Virus record (IMG/VR): IMGVR_UViG_3300047564_005847 | Source of the DNA: an uncultured virus (IMG/VR IMGVR_UViG_3300047564_005847) | Lineage: Duplodnaviria > Heunggongvirae > Uroviricota > Caudoviricetes | Direction: 5' to 3' (one strand) | Length of the DNA: 64,000 nucleotides | Shown here: in pieces, positions 57,464 through 64,000 of the stretch | How the letters are laid out: every line of letters begins with the position of its first letter | How positions within the stretch are numbered: position 1 is the stretch's first letter | Program-made: the position numbers and the translations under genes | The notes under the pieces: model-generated | What the model saw: only the letters and a program-made list of their open reading frames with translations | The model's database searches: none | What the model was told of the DNA's origin: nothing

Positions 57464-60433
57464 ATGATCCCAGGCGTATACTCCGGCGAAGTTGACCTAA
57501 CGGGCGTGACTTCAACACCCCCGTCAGGCCCATCTGCAGGTATCATCGGTACGGCACAGTCAGGTCCAGCGTTCGTTCCTGTTGCTGTAGGATCCGTATC
57601 TGACTTCAACCGTGTCTTTGGCGACGCAACAAGCACAAATTTTGGTGCTCTCGCAGGGCAGCAGTACTTTGCCAATGCCGCCTCTCCCGCCTCAGTCACG
57701 TTCCTGCGCACTCTGGGCGCCGGCGATGGCCTCAAGAGAAGCACATCAACAGGTCAAGTGACGAATGCAGGTTTTGTTGTAGGTAGTAAGCAGGTTCAAA
57801 GCAACGGCGCAGTTAGCAGAAATATCTCTGCTGTCGATGGTGGCGTCCCAGGCCGGACGTACTTCCTTGGTTGCTACATGTCAGAGAGTGCGGGCAGCAC
57901 AGTCTTCTCTGATGCGGGTATCCAGACAAGCCCTAAAGCACATCCTATACTTCGTGCCGTCGTTCTCGCACCATCAGGTGTAACACTCACATTATCAGGT
58001 AATTTTAATACTTCTAATGCACCCGCTTCAACTGCTGCAACGGCGGGCGGCCCAAATGGTGCGCTGACGGGATCAGTCAGCATCGGCGACTCAACGTTCG
58101 TAATGCTTCTAAATGGCTACACGGGCACAGTCAATACTATCACAGCGTCGTTTGATCCTGCAAATTCTAATCACTTTGCCTCCAATGCCAGCATCAACCG
58201 CGATCCTACAAAGATCGAGGAGAAGGGACACTACCTCTACACTTACTATGATGTTCCTGCGTCACTTGCAGTTGTGACAGGATCAGGTATCCTTGACGCA
58301 GCATCTGCACGTATCTTTGCAGGACTTGAGGACGCGGCATTCATTACGACAGGCAGCCTCACAAGAGACACAAGCTCTGCAACAACACCCAACTACGAGA
58401 ACTTTAGCGAGCGGTTTACACACCCCAAGACACCCTTCGTTGTCTCACAAGATTTTGGTGGAACAAAGTACGATCTCTTCAGGATACACACACTTGGCGA
58501 CGGTGCTTACAATAACACGCGCTTTGTGTTCAACATCCAGAACATCGTTCCAGGTGTAGACAACGACACGTACGGAACGTTTGATCTCGTGCTCTACAGC
58601 TATCCTGTAGGTCAGGTGTTCAACCTCACACCGGTCGCAGGCGTCGACTTCTCTGGATTGACGCTTGATCCCGACTCACCCAACTACATTGCACTTCGCA
58701 TCGGTGACCAGAACACGTACTTCGACTTCGACAAGGGTATCACATCCCAGAAGATCGTCACAGATGGTGACTATCCAGTCATCAATCCCTACATTCGCGT
58801 TGAGATGTCTGACCAGTTCCTCGCAGGCGAAGTTCCAGTCGCAGCTCTCCCCATTGGACACAGAGGCTACGGACACTTAGTCACATCAGGTAGCGCACTG
58901 CTCACAAATCTCTCTGACACCGCCCGCTTTGCATCAGGTCAGACAGACGTCCTCAAGCGCGTCATTGAGCCACCCATCCCATACCGTAGAAACATCTCAA
59001 ACGGTGGCGTGGTGGATACATCTCTGGCATGGGGCATCCAGTTCACAGACGTGCCAAGCGTCTCTGACTTTAACTCAACAACAGCTAAGCTGTCCTACAT
59101 TGACAGTCACACGAAGTTCTTCCCATCATTTGCTCCCGCAAACATGAACGTCTTCGTTGACAACAATCCCGGCGCAGCAACGACAAATGGTAACGTCCTC
59201 GATGTCGACGTCTTCAACAGCAACTTCTTCTCGCTTGAGAGGATAAAAGTTGTGACAGGATCGTCAGCAATCAACAATCGCGCTGATAGCTCACAGTGGG
59301 CGAATGCAACATACGTCAGAAACGGTAACATCTCTCCTGATGCTGCAGCAAAGACACGTGCTTTCCAGGTAGACGACCTCCGAGAGACGGGCAACAGGCA
59401 GTTTGCATCGTTCCTGTTCATCGCCCAGGGTGGCTTCGACGGCACCAACATCTTCAATGCTGACAAGGCAGCACTCACAAACGACGCCGTCAAGAGAGAG
59501 ATCGACGACACAGCAGGTCAGGGTGGAACCGCAGGGCCCACTGTGGCAGCCTACCGCAAGGCAGTCGACATCATGGGCAGCAAGGATGACGCTGACATCA
59601 CACTCCTGACAATTCCAGGCATCAGAAACAGTGTCATCACTGACTACGCGATCAGCGCAGTCGAGAACCGCTTTGACACACTCTACTTGATGGACATCGA
59701 GGAGCGTGACAGCTACAACGTCGTCCTGACAGGCTCTTATGACGGTGCCACAGTGAGCATCACAAATACGATCAACGCCTTCAGCAATCGTGGGCTCAAC
59801 ACATCGTTTGCAGCAGCATACTTCCCTGACATCAACATTCCTTTCCAGGGATCAACCACACGCGTCCCACCCAGCGTCGGCGTCTTGGGTGCATTTGCTT
59901 ACAACGACCGCGTATCATATCCCTGGTTCGCGCCCGCTGGAGCAAATCGCGGTGTCATCACGACAGTCGGTTCAGCTGCGACCCAGATCAAGCAGGGCAC
60001 ACTCGCTGACTCGATCTACGACGCACACATCAACCCCATCCTCGACATCACGGCCAACTCCGATCGCAAGCTGGTGATCTACGGACAGCGGACACTGCTC
60101 GCAAAGGCATCTGCTCTCGACCGCGTCAACGTTCGTCGTCTGCTTATCACACTCCGCCGTCAAGTTCGCGCTGTGTCCAATCAGATCATCTTCGAGCCCA
60201 ACACAGCAGCAACGCTGGAGCGCTTCAACAGCCTCGTCAACCCCATCCTTGCATCGATCCGCGCGAAGGGGGGCCTCGACCGCTACAAGGTTGTGATCGA
60301 CTCGACAACCACGACTCAGGCCGACATCAACAACAACACGATCCGTGGCAAGATCTTCATCCAACCTACCCGCAGCATCGAGTTCATCGCACTTAGCTTT
60401 GAACTTACCAATGCAGGCGTTACACTCACTTGA
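57464..60433 (+). CDS. Tail sheath protein 2 (gp18-like paralog)
   Basis: PGVYSGEVD, IGTAQSGPAFVP, QGGFDG, PWFAPAGANRG, YGQRTL, LDRVNVRRL, FEPN and PTRSIEFI. Confidence 0.95.
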   Translation: MIPGVYSGEVDLTGVTSTPPSGPSAGIIGTAQSGPAFVPVAVGSVSDFNRVFGDATSTNFGALAGQQYFANAASPASVTFLRTLGAGDGLKRSTSTGQVTNAGFVVGSKQVQSNGAVSRNISAVDGGVPGRTYFLGCYMSESAGSTVFSDAGIQTSPKAHPILRAVVLAPSGVTLTLSGNFNTSNAPASTAATAGGPNGALTGSVSIGDSTFVMLLNGYTGTVNTITASFDPANSNHFASNASINRDPTKIEEKGHYLYTYYDVPASLAVVTGSGILDAASARIFAGLEDAAFITTGSLTRDTSSATTPNYENFSERFTHPKTPFVVSQDFGGTKYDLFRIHTLGDGAYNNTRFVFNIQNIVPGVDNDTYGTFDLVLYSYPVGQVFNLTPVAGVDFSGLTLDPDSPNYIALRIGDQNTYFDFDKGITSQKIVTDGDYPVINPYIRVEMSDQFLAGEVPVAALPIGHRGYGHLVTSGSALLTNLSDTARFASGQTDVLKRVIEPPIPYRRNISNGGVVDTSLAWGIQFTDVPSVSDFNSTTAKLSYIDSHTKFFPSFAPANMNVFVDNNPGAATTNGNVLDVDVFNSNFFSLERIKVVTGSSAINNRADSSQWANATYVRNGNISPDAAAKTRAFQVDDLRETGNRQFASFLFIAQGGFDGTNIFNADKAALTNDAVKREIDDTAGQGGTAGPTVAAYRKAVDIMGSKDDADITLLTIPGIRNSVITDYAISAVENRFDTLYLMDIEERDSYNVVLTGSYDGATVSITNTINAFSNRGLNTSFAAAYFPDINIPFQGSTTRVPPSVGVLGAFAYNDRVSYPWFAPAGANRGVITTVGSAATQIKQGTLADSIYDAHINPILDITANSDRKLVIYGQRTLLAKASALDRVNVRRLLITLRRQVRAVSNQIIFEPNTAATLERFNSLVNPILASIRAKGGLDRYKVVIDSTTTTQADINNNTIRGKIFIQPTRSIEFIALSFELTNAGVTLT

Positions 60434-60436
60434 TAG

Positions 60437-60443
60437 ATAGTTA
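60437..60443 (+). promoter_or_regulatory. Putative late promoter ATAGTTA
   Basis: GATAGTTA before the tail tube gene. Confidence 0.65.
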
Positions 60444-60461
60444 AAGACAGGAGAATTTAAT

Positions 60462-60950
60462 ATGGCAGAGACACTCTCAGTCACCGACATGCTTCCCAAT
60501 AAGTTTGAGCCGAAACGTTCCCACCGTTGGGTTTTCGCACTCGAGGGTATCGACTCATATCTTATCTCAAAAGCAGCGCGTCCAACTATTTCAAACTCTG
60601 AAAAGACAATTCCCTGGATTAACAGCACACGCTACCTTGCAGGTAAGTTCACATTCGGTGATCTGGCAATTGAGCTTCACGACCCCATTGCTCCGTCGGG
60701 TGCCCAGCAGGTCATGGAGTGGATCCGCACACACCAGGAGATGGTGAGCGGCCGTGCAGGCTACGCTGACTTCTACAAGCGTGACTGCCAGCTCAAGATG
60801 CTCGATCCTGTCGGAACTGTTGTTGAGCTTTGGGATATCAAGGGTGCGTTCATCAAGTCAGCAACGTATAACGGCGTTGACTACGGATCAGATGAAATTA
60901 TGAAGATTGCGCTCACTCTGAAGTTTGATAACTGTGTGTTACAGTTTTGA
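60462..60950 (+). CDS. Tail tube protein (gp19-like)
   Basis: FEPKR..RW, YLAGK, DPIAPSGAQQVMEW, YKRD..LKMLDPVG..VE.W...GAF. Follows the sheath genes. Confidence 0.9.
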   Translation: MAETLSVTDMLPNKFEPKRSHRWVFALEGIDSYLISKAARPTISNSEKTIPWINSTRYLAGKFTFGDLAIELHDPIAPSGAQQVMEWIRTHQEMVSGRAGYADFYKRDCQLKMLDPVGTVVELWDIKGAFIKSATYNGVDYGSDEIMKIALTLKFDNCVLQF

Positions 60951-60970
60951 TCTTTCTCATTTAACAGTTG

Positions 60971-61009
60971 AAGCTCCCATCTATATTTTTAGTTGGGAGC
61001 TTTTATTTT
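60971..61009 (+). terminator. Hairpin/terminator after the tail tube gene, overlapping the next gene's ribosome-binding site
   Basis: AAGCTCCCA (60971-79) and TGGGAGCTT (60994-61002) form an inverted repeat followed by TTATTTT. Confidence 0.6.
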
Positions 61010-61865
61010 GGCACGCAAGAACGATATTTTTACAGCAAGTCAGGCGACACAGAAGACAGCTTCTCCCGTTGAAGGTGTCATGCGTCAAGATCCAATGAAG
61101 GAATTTGGCTGGGAAGTTCCCTATGAGATTGCGCCACTTCCTTCACGAGGCCTTGTCTACGACAAGAATAGCCCATTGCACAACAAAGAAAGTATCAGCA
61201 TCAAGGCAATGACTGCCAAGGAAGAAGACATTCTTCTTTCTCGTGCGTTCTCTAAGGCGGGAACAACAGTATCAGAATTGCTTCGCTCGTGTATTTCTGA
61301 GCAAGGCGTCGATGCATCTCATCTCCTGTCAGGAGATCGGCAGTCGATCCTCGTTGCCATACGAATTACTGGGTACGGATCGAGCTATGATGCCGAGGTC
61401 ATCTGCCCAGCTTGCGTCAGTCGAGTGAAAAATCAGTTTGATCTGTCAGCTTTGACGCTTCATCCACTTGAGATCGAGCCTAAGATGCCAGGCATCAATG
61501 AGTTTGAGTTTGTCTTACCTGTGACAAAGAAGCGTGTCATCTTCAAGTTCTTGACTGGGCGTGATGAGGAAGAGCTTAGCGTTCTAACAGAGCGCCGCCG
61601 CAAGCTCCTCGGCGACGCTGCAGAAAATCCTGTCACAACAAAGCTTTCCCACCAGATCATCTCAATCGAAGGCATCACAGACAAGAATAAGATTAGCACA
61701 TTCGTCACGAACATGCCTGCAGCTGACAGCCGAGCACTCAGGAACTACATCGAGAAGAATGAGCCCGGCATCGACATGAATGTGCAGATGACATGCCCAA
61801 GCTGCAGCGCAGAGAGCGAGGTGGGCCTGCCAATCGGCCCATCCTTTTTTTGGCCTAAATCCTGA
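61008..61865 (+). CDS. Baseplate hub/tail assembly chaperone (gp26-like)
   Basis: LPSRG, MTAKEEDIL, GDRQSILVAIRITGYG, CPAC, LPVTKK..F..LTG, CPSC and a terminal FFWP. TTG at 61008 follows GGGAG. Confidence 0.8.
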   Translation: MARKNDIFTASQATQKTASPVEGVMRQDPMKEFGWEVPYEIAPLPSRGLVYDKNSPLHNKESISIKAMTAKEEDILLSRAFSKAGTTVSELLRSCISEQGVDASHLLSGDRQSILVAIRITGYGSSYDAEVICPACVSRVKNQFDLSALTLHPLEIEPKMPGINEFEFVLPVTKKRVIFKFLTGRDEEELSVLTERRRKLLGDAAENPVTTKLSHQIISIEGITDKNKISTFVTNMPAADSRALRNYIEKNEPGIDMNVQMTCPSCSAESEVGLPIGPSFFWPKS

Positions 61866-61878
61866 GCACCGCGAAGTG

Positions 61879-62052
61879 ATGCTCGAGGAAGCTTTCATCC
61901 TCGGGATGCACATGCACATGTCGTACGACACCGTCTATCACCTGCCAGTTCGTTATCGACGCTGGTTCATTGAGCGCCTGATCAAGTACAACACACCCAA
62001 GCGTGCATCTGCCATGGAAGATGTCGATACACCGCTCGTGAAAACGACGTAG
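61879..62052 (+). CDS. gp51-like tail/baseplate assembly peptide (57 aa, absent from the ORF track; possibly made by frameshift)
   Basis: Manual translation gives MLEEAFILGMHMHMSYDTVYHLPVRYRRWFIERLIKYN..., which resembles the short gp51/'T' chaperone domain. It lies between the gp26-like and tape measure genes. Confidence 0.7.
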   Translation: MLEEAFILGMHMHMSYDTVYHLPVRYRRWFIERLIKYNTPKRASAMEDVDTPLVKTT

Positions 62053-62081
62053 TCGAATACATAAACATAAGAGTGTGAGTT

Positions 62082-64000
62082 ATGGCAACTGACCCCGCAG
62101 TTGAAAGTGCACAAAAACGTCTTGAGATCGAGGAAGCGATCGCTCGCGTCATGGCCAAAGAAGGCGAGATCATGGTGCAGAATGAGAAGCTTAGAGCTGC
62201 TCAGGCTGCAAATAATTCTCAAGACGCTGAAAGAGCAAGAACTGAAATAGGAAAACTCCAGAGCCAGATTGAAGTTCTTAGGAAGTCAACAGGCATAGTA
62301 ACCTCGCGCACGTCTGATTTTAGTAGAGCGATCAACGATGTTGGCACCTCATCGGCTTCCACAAGAAGTTCTATCGGGGGTGTGTCTGACGCGACAGGAA
62401 TGTTTGGTGCAGCCACAGGGGCTGTGATAGATCAACTGGTACAATTTAGAGAACAACTACAAGGTGTCTCTCAAGACCGATACGACTTCGTGACTTCTAT
62501 ATCTGAAGCAATCGGTGGCTCGTCGCGCTTTTACGCTTTGAATGCTGAAAAAGTTAATTCATTCGATGAAGAGATGTCGACCTATCAACGTAATAACCTT
62601 GATCGCATGCAGGTGTACTACAGAAACTTAGGCAGCTTGGCTAAAATAAACGGAAAAGATCTATCAGACGCACAGATGGAAGTCATCGGAGCAGTCGGTG
62701 CTGGTTCTGATGCTTTCCAGAAAGGGCAGTTTGCAGCTAGGAAGTTCTTTGGGCTCGCATCTGGTTTTAGAAAAGACGCGCAGGGCCAAATACTGCCCGA
62801 TGGCTTCTTTCGGATCCAGGGCATACCAGTTGAAGATGTGTTCGGTAGCGCTGCCGCCGCAATGCAACCTCTCACAGACATCCTGTCTGATGAGACACTA
62901 ACAACAGCGTTTTCGAAGCGTATCCACGATGAGGAGAGTGCCGAGGCGGTCATCAATGACACGCTGCGCATGAGCACAGCCATCAAGGCGTTCGGCATCT
63001 CGTCGGCACAGGCAACTGAGCTCGTACGATTGAACTACATCAACACGGGCGAAGCGAGCACAGATTACTTCAATACAGTCGTCAAAGCAGCGACTTACGG
63101 TGAGAAAGCATTCGGTTATAGCAGTCAACTCATCATCAGCGACGTCATCAAAATGTCAAATAACTTTGACACATTTGGTTTTAGAACTGCTGAGGATTTT
63201 GCAAAGATTTCAGCTGCTGCACACGATGTGCATCTAACCATCAACGACCTACAAAGTGTGATGGGTAAGTTCAACACGTTCGAGTCAGCAGCGGGTGCAG
63301 TTGGACAGCTAAATGCAGCGTTGGGAACTAACTTCGACGCAATGGAGCTGATGACACTCAAGTTTGAGGATCCTGCGCAGTTTATCCAGCGCTTGCGTGA
63401 CGGCTTCGTGTCAGCGGGCAAGACGTTCGAGGATCTTCCGCAGACATACCGTTCAATGATCACCCAACAGCTGGGTATCACCATGGAAGGCTTGCGCGGG
63501 ATCATGGACGGGTCGGCACGCAACCTTGACGACCTCACACGGCAGCAGGAAGATGCAACTGCTCTTTACGATAAGGCGGGTCAAACAGAAGCAGAGAAGC
63601 AAGCAGCACTCGATGAGATCGTCAAAGGACGCGTCAAGATCACGGGCGACATGATCGAGTCAGCAGGTAACATGGCTGAACAGGCCATGCGCGCGGCGAA
63701 CCGGTACGAGAACACAACCAATCTATACATACAACGAACTGCCGAAGTGGCTGACAGCATCAACGACACTGCAGCGAAAATTGCGCAAGGCACAATACCA
63801 ATGCTTAGAACTCAGATTGAAAGTCAAGTTGCAGCAATGTCAGGTGTACTCAAGGGTGTTCTTGATAACTCAAAGTTGACAAAAGATGCAATTGCAGAGG
63901 TTACAGCGGCAGCACGTGCTGCATATGCAGCATCGGGTCAATTAGCTGCAGACTTTGAAAAGAACTTCCCGGGCTTTATAGCTGCCGCGCAGGGCGGGGG
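62082..64000 (+). CDS. Probable tape measure protein, 3'-truncated by the window edge
   Basis: The ORF starting MATDPAVESAQKRLEIEEAIAR appears to run to the window end. It is Ala-rich and helical (FNTFESAAGAVGQLNAALG) and follows the tube and chaperone genes. Confidence 0.75.
   Translation, partial: MATDPAVESAQKRLEIEEAIARVMAKEGEIMVQNEKLRAAQAANNSQDAERARTEIGKLQSQIEVLRKSTGIVTSRTSDFSRAINDVGTSSASTRSSIGGVSDATGMFGAATGAVIDQLVQFREQLQGVSQDRYDFVTSISEAIGGSSRFYALNAEKVNSFDEEMSTYQRNNLDRMQVYYRNLGSLAKINGKDLSDAQMEVIGAVGAGSDAFQKGQFAARKFFGLASGFRKDAQGQILPDGFFRIQGIPVEDVFGSAAAAMQPLTDILSDETLTTAFSKRIHDEESAEAVINDTLRMSTAIKAFGISSAQATELVRLNYINTGEASTDYFNTVVKAATYGEKAFGYSSQLIISDVIKMSNNFDTFGFRTAEDFAKISAAAHDVHLTINDLQSVMGKFNTFESAAGAVGQLNAALGTNFDAMELMTLKFEDPAQFIQRLRDGFVSAGKTFEDLPQTYRSMITQQLGITMEGLRGIMDGSARNLDDLTRQQEDATALYDKAGQTEAEKQAALDEIVKGRVKITGDMIESAGNMAEQAMRAANRYENTTNLYIQRTAEVADSINDTAAKIAQGTIPMLRTQIESQVAAMSGVLKGVLDNSKLTKDAIAEVTAAARAAYAASGQLAADFEKNFPGFIAAAQGG

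Noticed and set aside
61845..61858. Canonical -1 frameshift at the T7 run
   Set aside because: The -1 frame reaches TAA at 61856 within a few codons. Only the +1/-2 frame is productive.
54312..61865. A bacterial extracellular contractile injection system or tailocin (suggested by the two sheaths)
   Set aside because: A complete head module (terminase, portal, protease, scaffold, capsid) and replication genes are linked, so this is a phage.
1..64000. Minus-strand and nested alternative-frame ORFs in the ORF track (e.g. 59972..60628, 7010..7600, 5539..6063, 49106..49621)
   Set aside because: They lie within long + strand genes and have no recognisable motifs. They are consistent with shadows of biased codon usage.
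1..64000. Stop-codon reassignment, as seen in some large phages
   Set aside because: Conserved genes are full length in the standard code, and TAA, TAG and TGA all end genes at sensible positions.

Overview
This 64 kb window is a densely coding, entirely + strand segment of a large T4-superfamily-like contractile-tailed (myovirus/jumbo-type) phage in the standard genetic code. In order it contains: (1) an AT-rich sugar/nonulosonic-acid biosynthesis block (epimerase, PtmA-like SDR, cupin, NeuB, HAD, Gmd, Ugd-like), a Cas4/RecB-type nuclease and two glycosyltransferases; (2) a gp55-like late sigma factor; (3) a ~25 kb baseplate/tail-appendage module; (4) RuvC, primase and an Mre11-Rad50 fusion; (5) a head module (terminase, portal, protease, scaffold, major capsid); (6) neck proteins, two tandem ~1000-aa tail sheath paralogs, tail tube, a gp26/gp51-like chaperone pair and the start of a probable tape measure gene. 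I saw no tRNA, rRNA, CRISPR array or mobile element. The main candidates for new biology are a possible virion glycosylation system (sugar enzymes plus recurrent [ST]-[GAS]-[ST] tripeptides in virion proteins), a likely +1/-2 frameshift at a T7 run joining the gp26- and gp51-like frames, a recurrent ATANTTA late-promoter motif that often implies leaderless mRNA, a second bipartite motif before two nuclease genes, and a shared N-terminal capsid-targeting-like motif. All product calls come from motif recognition and gene order; no database search was run.
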